Source: the human T2T-CHM13v2.0 reference genome, Homo sapiens
Assembly (NCBI RefSeq): GCF_009914755.1
Contig: NC_060926.1
Length of the DNA stretch: 64,000 nt
Strand: one strand, 5' to 3'
Position 1 is the first letter of the stretch. The number at the start of each line of letters is the position of its first letter. The position numbers were made by a program, and so were the translations under genes. Positions 41,670 to 56,759 of this stretch are shown here, one piece after another. The notes below the pieces were generated by a model. The model had not been told where the DNA came from and made no database searches. It saw only the letters and a list, made by a program, of their open reading frames with translations.

Positions 41670-42178
41670 GGGAGAAGTTGCAGTATGGATTAGCTACCAA
41701 ATAGTCATTTCCTCTCTTTTGTCTTTGTGTACTTCATTCTAATTTTTTTAATGGTCTATTCATCCCTCTACTCCTATATGGCTCAGGGTTAGGGTCTAAT
41801 TGATAGATCCAATTCCCATTCCCCCTGCAGTTTATGCATATATGATGCAATGAGGTTATGTGGGGGATTCTCTTAGTGGGCTTCTGGCAAACTCTTCTTG
41901 ACTGCAGAAAGAGAGACAAGAAAATAAAAACAAAAACAAAAAAACCCTCTCCTGCATCTGGAAATAGACACATGGTGAGGATGTGATGGCTGCATTGCTG
42001 CAGCCTTCTTGTGACCATAAGGGGTCAGCTGAAGAAAGGCTAACACGTCAGGATGGGAGAGTGGAAAGATGTAGCCACTCTACATCCACCCTTCTTGCTA
42101 TCTGAAATAATTTTTCCTTGCTGAACAAGTCAGTTGAACCAGGGCCTTCGGTTTTCTGCACCTGACAGAATCCTAGTG
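41670..42178 (+). mobile_element. ERVL LTR fragment (LTR33/LTR16-like)
   Basis: 'gctgcagccttcttgtgaccataagggg', 'aagtcagttgaaccagg...ttttctgcacctgacagaatcct'. Confidence 0.55.
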
Positions 42179-42413
42179 GATAGAGAACAATATCAAAGGG
42201 AGGGAGGCTGGACTTTTGAGCTTGGGACTCGTAGAAACCCCAGCAGCTGCGGAGGTTAGGAAACAGACCCCACCCGCCATCTTTTGGTGGAAATAGTCTG
42301 AGTGGGTTCCTCCACGCAGGAAGGACTGGAATACAGACGTTATCTTTTTGTTCCTCTCTTCAAGTCAAGATTCCATTTCCAGGATTGATAATATCAGAAA
42401 TAATTATTTCCGG

Positions 42414-42902
<489 letters not shown>

Positions 42903-42994
42903 TTAGCGTTCATCCTCAGAGGGCTTCCATTTCTCCTAATTATCTCCTGTCCCTATTTTCCACTTCCATAACATTCTCTGTCTTTAGTATATTT

Positions 42995-43298
<304 letters not shown>

Positions 43299-46200
43299 TA
43301 ATTTCTTCCACAGTGTCACCTTTGTCCACCCTCCTTGTACCTTCATTCCCCAAATGTGGAACTAAAGCAAGCGAGTTTTAGTGTAGCTGGCTTTCAGTGG
43401 AAGCTTGGGATTACAGGTAGAGATGACATTGGGCCACATGCTTAAAACAGTGTAATCCATCCCTTGAATAAAAAGAATATAGTAATCCATTCTATCCCAC
43501 TACAGGTTGCTGCTGGATATGTTACTTTTAAGTCCTTGCTTATGTCCTTCTATTCTGTGACCATTTTCTTTTCCTCTCTACAAGGTTTTTTTTTTTCTTC
43601 AGTCTTCCCAAATTCCTATTCATTTCTTAAGCAGAGTTGTTCTTCACCTTTTATTCCAAATCCAGCTTGTGGCCAACTCATGCATATCCCAGAATCCATT
43701 AAGGAGCTCTGGCAATGGATTATCGACTTCAGATTTCTATCTGTTAAAGCACACTGCTCCATGATAGCTTTGGAATTCATTTTTCCTTTACTGGTTACAA
43801 ATTTTAGGAAGTGCTTCCCTCCTGACTAATCTTGGTAAGCAGAGAGGGAGTTATTTAAAAACTTAAGACTTATCCTTCTCCAGTTCACAGAAAAGCCCGA
43901 AGAGATTTATTTTCTTTCCTTTCTTTTTCCCTTCAGCTCCTCCTCTTTTCCTTCTTCTCCCCACCCAATACAAAGATGGTAATTGTAATGTATTCACATA
44001 CTCACAATCCAAATGAAGAGCAAAGTATGAAACCCAGTCTAAGGGGAAGGAGCACACTGGGTGCCATGTGCTATCACCTGTAGTCCCAGTTCTGCAATGT
44101 CCTAGCAGTATAATTTTGAGTTGCTCCTTCTGACATTTGTGACGAAAGCTATGGTTTATCTATGTCACAAGGGCGTTCTAAAGACTAAATCAGAGGACAG
44201 ATGAAGAAGCGCATCTTAAATTATAAAGAGCTACCCAAGTATAATAGAGTGAATACCAGATGGCAGATTCCATCAGTAGAAGGTCCAAGAGAACGAGGCA
44301 AGAACCCAGCTGCTGCTGATCTCTTAATAGAGGCAAGAATTCCATCAAAGAGCAAAGACTCCAGGGCCTGAGATTTTTGGGGCCCCAAGGTCGGGGGGGT
44401 GGGGGGCCAACAACAAGACTGGAGCTTGAGTTGGAGAGCTAGTGGGAATCCTTTTATTTATTTTGTAGAGGCCGATTTGATCTCTGTGGTTGCTGCAGAT
44501 CTAAACTTAAAAGAAATCTTACTCTACTCGCTCTTTTCTATGGCTAAAGGAGCAAAGAGTTAATTATCTTGTTACATTCATCTCTCCTTCCAAATTTTCC
44601 AGGAGCTTTTCCCTTCATTAGCCATCAGATGAAACTGAAGAATATTTATTATTTATTGTGTGTGTTAAATTTTATGTCTTTTCTTCTTAATGTTTAAAAT
44701 GCATGAGTTTACTACTTTCTGTATTCTCTCCTTAAAAAAGCAATATTTTTGTTGTTGTTGTTTTTATTGTTTGTTTACCTGCAGTCCTCAAATGACTTTT
44801 CTTAGGGTCAATAATTCTTCATAAAAAGCAAAATGAAAAGATACTTCTGGCATGTTTTAGATTAATCGCAAGAAGCAAATAGTTTCCCATACATTTTTCT
44901 TATTCTTAATTCCTTTCTTTTATCTTTTATCCGATTTAAATATAATACCTATAAATGGCCACTCAGTAATGGTTAAGTTATATGGTTTTACTTCAGGGCT
45001 CAATAGTAACTTATTAAAGTATATTTTATAAAATGATTTGGCTGTCAAGATAACGGGACTATAGCAATGACTTATGTGCACACTGTGGGTCACTGCTATG
45101 GCTCTAAGTCGGTTCTAAAGGGAACATGATATGCACACCTACATGCCAATTTCAATCTTGATTATCTACTGCAATTTATTAGACTAGAGGAGTTCCGAAG
45201 AGTTTATTCATTTTAAGCCTTGTTTAACTTGCCTAGAAATGAACTGCTAGATAAAGTATCAGTAGGAAAGCATGTCGAATAATTCCTCCACTGAAAATCA
45301 TCATTATTTTTGCACTTACAATAGGCAAAATATAAGAGTGCATTATACATAGTCTTGTTCATTTTATGTATTTATGGCTTATTTCTATATTGTAAATGCC
45401 TTAAACACAGAAAATGCCTCTACTTCTCTGTCTCCCACAATGGGAATATGGATATCTTTTAGTACTTGCTTCACTTAAGAATGCTGGGCTTGAATAAAAA
45501 AACTAGTTCACATGTATCACAAAGGTTTACTTAAAAGTTTCCCCTAGTTGTTTAATATCTGAATGCAAAAATCTAGGTTTGATTTGGAAATGATGATGCT
45601 TGTAATGATTATGTCTTATCTCCTCCAAGCAATTTGGAAAGCTTTGTCTGATAAACCTCTTTTATCCCAGTTCTATCTTCTGCTATTCTTACCTCCCTTC
45701 CCCCTCCACTTTTTCCAATCTCCTTCCTCTTTATCCCTAACATTATTATTATTTTTTGGATTCACTCTTATACTCTGTACACACTTGAGCAATTACGTAG
45801 GAAAAAGGAGTCTGGCATTTTCTTATTGTAACCCAAAGAAAAACAAGCTTAAGCATATCTTGATAACATAAAAAGCCAATGGATTCATTTTTGGGGGAAA
45901 AAAATCTGACCAGAAAGAAAACAAATAGACTTTCAAAATATAACATTTAGATTGAAAAAAAAAAAGTATAATGGGTCAGTTTGTTTACTTAGAGAAGGTA
46001 TTCTTAATGTTCTTAATTATGTATGAGTACATAATCTAGGTTGGTACAATTTTAGATGAAGCTGCTAAAACTAAAATGTTTGAGAAAACAGATATTGCTA
46101 AATAGTACAGAGAAACCACTTTATACAGCACCATTTTTTCATTGAACACTCAACTGAGAAGTAAAACATCCAGAACATGCCCAGTTTATTGGGAGTTTGT

Positions 46201-48779
46201 TTTCATATTTCTGCATGTGTTTATAAAAGCATTTCAAGATGTAGCTTTTTACTGATTCTACCTTGTTAAAAAATCAATCAAGCAACCATCATTTGCTAAT
46301 AAATGTTTTTATCACAGCTTTCAAACCTTTTTCAAGACATCTGAGCTCATCTTCACTTCCTCCTTCTTGAAAAAGAGACCCCATGGTGTGACACTCTAAA
46401 ACCACCTCTGGATTTAAAACTATGGCTGCCTGGAATTGAAGGCCCAGTTGCTGAGATTCCCTGATTTGCAAAGCAAGGGAGAGTTCCTAACTGAATAACT
46501 TGAGTTTGTAACTAAAAACAAAAACAAAAACCTGCTCATCTATTGCAAGTAAGTATACTCCCTTTGTTACATGGTATGCAATTAGATGCCTTTGAAATAA
46601 AAGGTAAGTTAAATCAGAAGTCTCGGGGACAAGAAAATACTATTTTAAAACAGGGAGTGTCAGATGTTTTTCAATTCAGTACCAAAGGGTATTTCACAGG
46701 TAATTTCTCAGGGCTGATGTTAGCTAATTATTAGCTACCATATCCTGCCTGCCATTCTTAGTGACTATCTCCTGGCAGAAAGACACAGCTAGGAGTGTTT
46801 TGTTTCATTTGTCCTTGGAGTTTTTATCAGCATCAAGAAGGTGGACTGAGCCAAAGTTAGAAGAATTCTGGAGCTAAGCAAAAAGCGACACGTTTAACAG
46901 CCCCCATTAATTGGGGCTGTTACATGATTAATTTGAGAAAAACAGAAGAGACCGATTTCTTTACAACTCACAGTTGGATGCAACGCACTAAAAGTAATCC
47001 TGTAAATTACATTTTAAATCTCCAACATATTCCGAGCAGATAAAATAGTGGCATGATTGACCAAACTCCTTTTAAAAGTACACATATTACGATGCATCAT
47101 AGTTATAAACAGATGGTATTTGGCCTCCTTCCTATTCTCAACATTTGGAATTTCTAAACTATGTGAATTAAACAATAATATTTTATAAACATACAAGGGA
47201 TTTTGCTCACTGCTTTGTTAACATAGAAATTATACAATGCTGACATTTATTTAAATTTTAAAAAGTAAACAACAGTGTGCATCGAAATAAAGCAAACTAA
47301 AATCAACATAGAGAAGTATGTTCTGTGTGCGTACTACCTACAATGGCACTGGCCTTTTAAAGGGAAGACATAATGGGTTGAAGAACAAATTGTAGCATAG
47401 ATCGGCCTAATCCCTTGTACTCCAAGGCTCATTTAACACCTCTCTGTAAACAACGGATATTTATACCATAATTGGCTATTTGACCATCAGTGTTCATTTA
47501 CTATGTAACCTGCTATTATGGAGTTAAAAGAAGCTCCCCTTCATTGGCTCGTCAGCTTTCAGAGTAGCGAAAGTGTCCTCGCAGTTTTAAAAACACTTAC
47601 ACAAACGGGAATCAGTCTGACACTTGTACTCAGAATGAGAAACATTATCATGATATCAATAAGTATATATTTATTCTTTGGGGGATATTATTGCCAGAAA
47701 GAAAAGGAAATATATTAGATCTGAGTGTCATTTCCTAAGATTCTTTTCTAAAATTATAGCTTTAACCCTTTAGCCGCAGTTTGGAAGGGAGACCCATCTG
47801 CTGATTTGATGTACTAAATAGAAGGCACTTGGTTTCCAAACACTATTCTCAGATTTGCAAAGTTGCGCTGTGATGAATAAATAATGAATCAGATATTTCA
47901 ATCCGTTTTATGATTTTTGAAAGCCCTGATTATCATTGTTTACAGTCTCTTCTTAATGCACTTCCCATGCGTTCTTGTTCAGCCTTCCAAGAGTTGGTTT
48001 ATGTAGGCCACCCTCTCCCAACCTCGCTTTACTTTTGGACTGCTCTCACGTGTTAACCCACCCGCTCACACCTTTAAACCAGTTTGGGGAATATTTCAAA
48101 TCTGAGGGGGGAAATCTTGAGCGACAGATGACAAGGAGTATTCGCAAACACTCCAGGCTAATGTTGCTTGTATTTGGTCACAGGTGTGCCCTGCTTTTGC
48201 GTACTATAATATCTCTATTGGTGAGAAAGAGGGAGAAAATTATGCTAAAACCACATGGATAGAAAGGAAAACGGCACTGCTGAAATCAGGAAGGATCAGC
48301 ATTCCTTTTCTCCTATACATACGTGTGTATACTCAGATAAATAATGATAAATCACGGCAGTGTGAGGGAGGCTTTTAACAAAATACAAGCTTCAAAATAG
48401 GAATATCTTCACAAGTTTTCAAAAACCTAATCAGAGCAAATGAGTGACAAATCAATGTAATGCTTCTAAATATTCTCCTGCCCCAATATTGCTTAACTCC
48501 TCTTCTCCACTCCTCCTAAATAACCAGTTGGTGGTGAGGAGGAGAAATGAGGTTTGTATTTCAATATACAGGTGTGAAGTGAAAAAGAAAGCGTCCGGGG
48601 GGTGAGATTTAAATCACATATCCGAACATACCAGAGACAGGAGTTATTCTAAACTGTGTAGATAAAATCCCTTTCGGAGAGTCCCCGTGCCCATCCCCAC
48701 TCCCCTTCGCGGGATTGCTGAGGGCAAGTTATGTTTTTTGAAAAGGTAGTAGGCATCGGTGTTTCTGGTTTTGCTTAGT

Positions 48780-49750
48780 GCGTCTTCATCGTATTCCCTC
48801 GCTGAGGACTGAGCCTGGCCGACTCAGGGAACCGAGTTCAATGAAATCCTCAGACGCATAAAGCACAGGGTGCCGGCCCACCGAGCTGCGCTCCCTTCCC
48901 GGGGGTGCCCGAGAGAGAGCACGCGAGCCCGGCGCAGCCAAACCCGGGCAGGGGTGGGTCCCCACCGCGTGTGCGTGTGCCAGCCTGGGAGTGTCGGCGC
49001 GAGCGTGGCGGGTGCGTGCCGGTGTGTGTGCGTGACAGCGCGCGCGTGGCAGGGAGTTCGCGCGCCAGGGTGCGCGTGCCAGCGCGGGTGTGCGAGGGAG
49101 TGCGCGCGGGTGGGAGCGCCAGGGGCTGGCGGGGCCCGCGCCCTGGGACGAGCCCCTCGTGCTCCGGCTCTGCGCTCCCGCAGCGCCCACGCAGCCGAGA
49201 GGAGTGGGTGATGACTTCGTGACCTCAACGTCCTCCCCCGTCCCTCGACATGTTCCCGCGCCTGAAAGGTGCAGAAAACTCCCCCCACCGCTCTGGACGA
49301 GACTGAGCTAGGCGTCGAGGGCGGGCGCCGCCGCAGACCGGAGCTCGGGCTCGCTGGCCGCTCAGGCGCAGCGGTGTGGAGGGAACGGACGCGCGGCAAG
49401 GCGACCCGCTCTGGGCAACGCGGGCGCAGCTGCCCCGACGCAAGGCACTAGCTGGTCGGGGGCTCGGGCGAGCCGGGGCCGGCGTGCCGGGGCGTGCGCT
49501 CTCTCGGCAGGCGAGTGCCGGGCTCCGCGGAGGTCCCTGCGCCCACTGCCTGCTTCTCCGCCCGGCGACCCGGAGTCCCCAGGCTGCGGTGCGCCAGGCC
49601 AGACCTGACCGAGGGCGGAAGACCCGAGCGGCAGGGAGGCAGAAAGAAAAGAGGTAGCAAGCCCCAGACAAGGGATCCTTAATTACAGATAAAAGGCAAA
49701 CAAAACCGTACACCACATTTTCCACGTGTCAGCTGACGGCCGCGACAAAA
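48780..49750. promoter_or_regulatory. CpG island / probable promoter, with no coding first exon identifiable
   Basis: Non-repetitive, very GC-rich and CpG-dense against an AT-rich CpG-poor background; GC box gggcgg, TGACCTCA at 49220-49227, E-box CACGTG at 49723-49728. Confidence 0.9.
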
Positions 49751-50059
49751 GGAAACAGAACGCTGGGGGGTGGGGGGGAGGCCCCTTCTTAGCTGCCCCC
49801 CACCCCTTGACAATGTGTGCAAATGTAAAATGCATTAGGTAGTAACTCTGGATAGGTGGTGCCCGGGGCCAAATTGCAGCTGCACGCTCCATCGTGTAGG
49901 ACAGTTTGCTGATGCACCCAGAGGTCTGGGGAACCTCTTACAAAAAAGGGACTACAAATACTCCGCTTGAGCACATTTTGCTTCTTAAAACTTCATTACT
50001 CATACATTTTAAGTTAAAAATTTTGTGCTTAAAGTGTTGCAATTATCTTCAGTAAAATT

Positions 50060-50118
50060 CTAATACACACACACATACACACAATTTTGTTTTGCAGTTT
50101 TGTAGATTCCATTTTATT
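50060..50118 (-). terminator. Candidate distal poly(A) site (AATAAA plus GU-rich downstream element)
   Basis: tttatt at 50113-50118 (AATAAA on minus), followed ~30 nt downstream on minus by UUGUGUGUAUGUGUGUGUGU (50064-50084). Confidence 0.55.
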
Positions 50119-53100
50119 GGCCTGGTATCACAGCATTAGAAATACAAGGGGAAAAGCCAAGACGATGAAAGCCAGGGAACATAGCTGCAAGCACCAGAGA
50201 GCACAAGTTCCCCTCCATGGCTCTGCGGCTCAAATGGAAAAAGGAGAGATGTCTGCTTTGATTTCTTTCCTTTTAATTAATCAGGATCACAAAGCAATCT
50301 CCACCCTGTCCCTGGGATTTAAGATACTGGTTAAACTCCACCGTGTCCCGAATTCTCCACAGAAGGTGGAGGAGTGTTCAGAATCTGAAGTCCACCCGCG
50401 GACCATTAAAAACCTCTAGGTCTGTGCCCTCATTTTTAACACTCAAATTAAAGGATCACCCTGAGCCACCACGCAGTGCACTCTTCTCTATTTTCTCCCT
50501 CTTGTTGCTGGGCCGGTTTTGGAAATTAGAAGGGGTGGTCTCTTTGTTAGCAATCTGTTTACTTTCTTCTGATACAATGAAGCATCAGGTCGAAGGTGAC
50601 AAGGCTTCTTTGCTTAGTCATTTTTACCCATCTCTTTGTAGATGATGTTTTTTTCCATTTTCAATTTTTTTTTCATCAATGCCATCTCCCCAACAGCATT
50701 TCAAAAATAAAATTTCCAAGTCCTTTTTTTAAATGTGGTTCCAGTCAAATGATTTACCCACACCCCAAATAATATTATTTACATCCAGTATTAATAGCTG
50801 CATATCAGTAATTCTTAGAGATCTTCTGATCCATATTTAACAATTTAAATGATGGCTAACATTATTGCCAGGCAAATGCCTGAACCAATAGTTTGTGGAC
50901 TAGTTGCCAGCCAGATGACAGCCAGGTATACACAGGGTAAGAACATAATTAAGTTTCTGCCCTAGTCTCTTCAATTGCAGAAGGCAGACAACACTCTTTC
51001 TCACCTTCCAGGGAAGTAGATTAGCAGATTAACAAAATGATGTAAATCACATAAGCTTTACATCCCCCTTCCCCTTCTAATACCTATTTAGGAACACTTT
51101 AAAATTTTTCCTTTAGGCATCTAGTCTTTCTGTGGTTTAGCCACATGCTCTCCCCTTTTTGGCTTTCTCCTTCTGTAAAATAAGTAAGGTGAAAGAGCAG
51201 ATTAGGAGTTTTTCTTTTTCTTACAGCTTTCCTGTGTTTGAGTGGATCATCCTGTTGCCATCGTTTTAGTCCAGTTGTTGTTAATTCATGTTCTTACCAC
51301 CCACCAAAGAATAGCACAGGATTAAGTTTATATTAATAAATGATGTTCATGAGTAGGTTTTTAAATGCCAGAGTTATGATTTATTTTTTTAAATGGGTGG
51401 AGAAAGGAGAGCGGCAATAACTAGCTCCCAAGTCATTCAAAATCCTGGCATCACACATCTATGTGGGTTTTTCTTTCTTTGTTTTGGTCTTTAAGTTTTT
51501 TGGACACACCTCTTATTTCCCTTTTAGTCCTATATCATGGAATAAATGCTTTTTTTGACTACCTTTGTCCATAGCTTGAAACCCTGTTTATTACAGTTAA
51601 ATTTATAGAAAGTATTATATGGTCCTCTTTTCTTCTTCTTAAGAGCTTATAATTGTCCCTGTTTATCTCCCCACCCATTAAGAATTCTGTAATAAATCCC
51701 TGCACCAAATAAATTAAAATCTGCAACTTCAGACACCCGAGGAAGAGGACATTAATCCACTTAGTAAAATACTCAAGACCTCCCCCTCTCAATTTCAGCT
51801 CTTCTTAATGTAACATTCAGTAATTACAGCTGGCTCCTTATACTTCCCTCCCTCCCTTTTATTCTGAATTATATTGGCCTTGCTTAACCTTCATTTCCTT
51901 TTCTACCCCCCACATTTGTCCACATACTTTTCTTTGACCATGTTTGTCTCTTTCTCTTTCTTTCTGCTGTGTGGATTGAGGGCAACAAATGAAGCTTTCC
52001 AAGAGCTTAATACTTGCCCGTAAAATCCCATCCTACCTCCCCATTCCACTATTAACGTTTTGTACAATTTTTATGCATCCTTCAGTTGTGTAGTTACTGC
52101 TCTATATTTTTCTGATTGATCATTAAGTTATGCTGGCTTTTCAGAACTGTCTCCATAATCCTGAAGCAAAGCCTTTTTACTTGGCATGCTCTCTGCCTTT
52201 GGAATGCCTTTCCTGGCAAGGACAGACGCTTTGGTTTGACTACGATTCTTAAGTTACAATTCAAAGCTAATTTGTTCAGTTAGGTTTCTACTATGAGCAG
52301 CTCTGTTTCTCACCGTTAAGTGCTCCATGATGCTGCTTAGTTGAAGGGTGTGTTGTAAGTGCAAGATGTAATATACTTATATTGTACTTGATTATCAGTT
52401 TTCAAAAACAGCTGCATGCTTTGATATCTGTGTAAGGAAATATCGAAAGATAATATACCATTGGTATTTATTACTCTATAATTAAGGATGTGTCAGTGTT
52501 TCCCTTCCAAAAAAGCCCCTTATTTTCAGAAATTCATATCTCAGGCATAAATTTCCCTATGAATTACAGTCTAATACCATATTAGAAGTTTCTCCTTTTT
52601 AAGTTATCCCTCCCCTTCCTTTTCTTTCTGAGGAAGTAAGTCTCAGGATGTAATTTCTGGGTTATTGCTTTGGGATGAGGGGGAGCAGGCCCAGTGATGC
52701 ACAGTTCAAGGTGCTGCCACATTGCCACCTGCTCCCTCTGCTCTTCTGCCCTGTGTGGGGAGACACTGGGGGCTGCCTTTCTGATGAAGGGTCAGCTTTA
52801 TACACACATGGGTGAGCAGCTTTGCCACTGTATGATTCGAAAGGCAATAGAGAAGAGTCAGTTGTCCAGAAATATCACAAGTGCCACAGAGTCTGAACTT
52901 TTAGTACAGAAATCAATTCTTCCGCATTCCTCTCCTTATGGTCATTGAGAATACAAGCACTGGCTGGTGTAACATGAAATACACCTAGAGTAAGGTATTA
53001 GCAACTTATTAACACGTTTCTTCTTACAGTGAGAGGCAGAAGGAAGAAAGAGGAGAAAGAGAAGACAAATGTTTTTCCCTTCTTGAAGAGGTGGTCTTGA

Positions 53101-53410
53101 CTACTGCTCAACCACAGCCTACTGAAAGAGCCCTGGAAAATCTGAGTTCTAGATCTGCCTGTACCACTGTGGGACCCAAGGCAAGTCAACTTCTCCTCAG
53201 GCCCCAGTTTCCTACATCTCAAATACAGGAGGTTACAAAAATAAGTGATTCTCAGGAGGGCCAGGGAAGTTACCTAAATGTATGAATTCAGCAGAGTGTA
53301 AGACCACAGGGAGTGGTGGGGGCCTGTGACAGATGGGGTATACTCACTGAATGCCTCCCTAAAGGGAGAACCAGAGCAATAATAAAAACACTTAAAATAA
53401 TGGCCATATT

Positions 53411-53743
<333 letters not shown>

Positions 53744-56245
53744 TTAATGGCAGAAATGTGGGCCACAAAATAACCACCTCCACTGTCCTTTGCTGTCTCC
53801 TGCCAGCTGGAGAAATAGAAGGGAACTAGGGGTCCAACTGAGTCACGCATACTGCACTTGGTGCTTCCTGAAAGGCACATAGGTGACAATGATAACATCC
53901 CATGTAGGGAAAGGCTTATACAAAAAAACTTTGTTTCTGTAACACACTTCAGCTCCTAAATATGTCACTATATGTGCCTTAATTTTCTCATCTGTGAAAT
54001 GATATTGAAGACATTAAATTTTCAGATCTAAAGGACTTCAAATTGCTTGAGAAAGGTCATACCAATATTCCTAGGGGTCACATCTTCTCGCACCCCACCT
54101 TAGACCTGCTATTTAAATGCAGTAAATGCAGTAATAGGAAAGTAATATAACCATTTAAAATTATCTTCCAAGAATCACCAATTCCTTCTGTCAGTTTATA
54201 AAAACAATTAAGATCCTCTCCTTGGGGTTGGGAGAGGATAAGGAATAACTCAGATAATGATAGATGATGGTGGGACACCTGAAGAAACCGATCGCAAATT
54301 CCAATTTAGAAAAATGGACTGCAGAGTGAGTGAGGATCCTGGTCCCTGAAGTCATTTGTGCCTCACATGCAGCAAGGGCATCCCACAGATACCCGGGAGA
54401 ACTCTTCCCCTGGGATAGATTGCAGTGAAAGCACAAAGACCACGATTCGCTCCTGTGTCTTAAAGAGGAAAGGGGAGAGGCAACACTATGGGGAGTGGGC
54501 AGTGTGGTTGGGAGCTCTGAGAGCTCTTGTGCTCTAACAGGCAGCTCTGAATTTTTTGAGATGAGAAAGACTGGGCTCATTTAACATCTGCCTTCCTCTT
54601 CCTTTCCTTACCCTTCAGAAGGGAGTTTAGAGCTATAGTTTTCCATCTTGTGTTTGCAATGCCACAGGCATCTGTTAGAAATGGTGATTAGCAGCCCCAA
54701 GAAACAGGAACCTGTGGCCAGTTGAGTCTGACTTTCTCCACAGCATGAGGGTTGAGGTGAAGCCCCTGGCTCCTGTTAAGCAGAGGAAAGTCTTCTCAAG
54801 CAACATTGGCAGTAGAGTAGTTTGTATCACTGTCTGAGGCAAGCAGTTTTCTGACTCAATCAATAATTGAGAAAACCAAGAAATGTTAAGGATAGCCTGA
54901 TAGCAAAACTAGTAACATGCTTCCTGAAGTATTTATATCTCCTATCAAAAGATATATGCAATAAATACACTGAAGACACATGAAATGTCACAAAGAGTGG
55001 CAAGAAGCCTTTGTGTATCACGACTCAGCTTAAGAAACAGACTTCTCATCATGCAACGAATGCACCTTTCCCTACTTCTATGTCCTTTTTTTTCTCTACC
55101 ATGGCCCCTCTGACATAACCATTATTGTAAGTTTGGTTAATTCCCAGGTTTTCTGTAATACTGTACTTTAATCACACATGTCTGTATCTTTGAGCAGCAT
55201 GTAGAATTGCTCGCATGTTTTTCAAACTTCCCCAGTTATATTTTAATGAATAGCTTTGAAGAGAGGGCATAGGATAGGAGCATTAGTTGTCTGTATCACA
55301 ACTCAAATTTTAAAATGAAACATGTTCAAGTCAGTGGTTTATAATATACTCTCTTCATTGTTAAACATAAGATCTAATATTAAATAGTCCCAAATTTTCC
55401 ACTGAAAAAGAAAGGCAGTTGGGTCAATAGTCAATAGAAGAATAAGACCCACAGTGTATGTCAGCATTAAAAGACAGCATGGACTATCATTTGAAAACTG
55501 ATTCTATCATCCACAGAAAGTATCTTGAGACTTCAGTAAAATTTCTTTTGTGGCTCATAATATTTCTGGGTAGCAGATGCTTTCTCAAAAACAGATTTTA
55601 CTTTTAAAAATATCAAATATAATTAACACCTTCAACATAAAATGAAATCTTTGCTTCCAGATGCATTTCAAGGTGTTGAAATTAATCTCTGCAGCCCTCT
55701 ATGGCTAAGAGTTTCCATTGACTTATGGATTCTGCCTGCCATATTGATGTCTGAAGGACTGAGAACAGGAGCAGGGCATTTAAACTTAACTGTATTTGAA
55801 GGATGCTTATTAAACCAGGAGCATTTTTAAAAAGGTATTTGCATCTATTTCTGTCAACACAGTATAAATGAGAAGGTTAAGAACCAGGTGCCCTGATATT
55901 TGTTATAGAAACACCTAGCCAGAAGCATAGATTAAGTTTAGGGCAAGCTGTATTTCAAGACACTGTGTCAAAGTCTTGATAATGGATGGACTTTTAAAGA
56001 CATTTAAAATTAAAATTGACTTTATTTTAAAAGAAAAAAACAATCGAGTGTTAAAAAAAAAGAGGAAGACTAAGTTTTCCATCAAACATACTCAAAACAA
56101 TAAATGATGGGGGTGGTTGATAAGGGAAACTGAATTAATGAGTCAACGTGTAGTACTAATTATCTGCTGAGATTTCAACAAAATACTGATTAACTTATTT
56201 AATAACACTCCATTCCACTAGGTCGTGGGTGTTGAGAAGCATGAA

Positions 56246-56278
56246 TGTGCGTGTGCACACACACACACACACACACAC
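56246..56278. repeat. (TG)/(CA)n microsatellite
   Basis: tgtgcgtgtgcacacacacacacacacacacac. Confidence 0.9.
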
Positions 56279-56386
56279 TCCTACATATTTTTAAATGTTA
56301 AGAATTACACATTTACAAAACTTTTTATTGCTTATGTGAACTAGTAGCAACTCTGACATTACAGTCTTTATAAGGTTTTTCTTTAA

Positions 56387-56759
<373 letters not shown>

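Noticed and set aside
44379-44406. G-run cluster (possible G-quadruplex)
   Set aside because: Only three clear G-tracts and no functional context.
48786-49725. Overlapping 100-190 aa ORFs on both strands
   Set aside because: Expected in a CpG island; Arg/Ala/Pro low complexity, mostly non-ATG starts, no recognisable domain.
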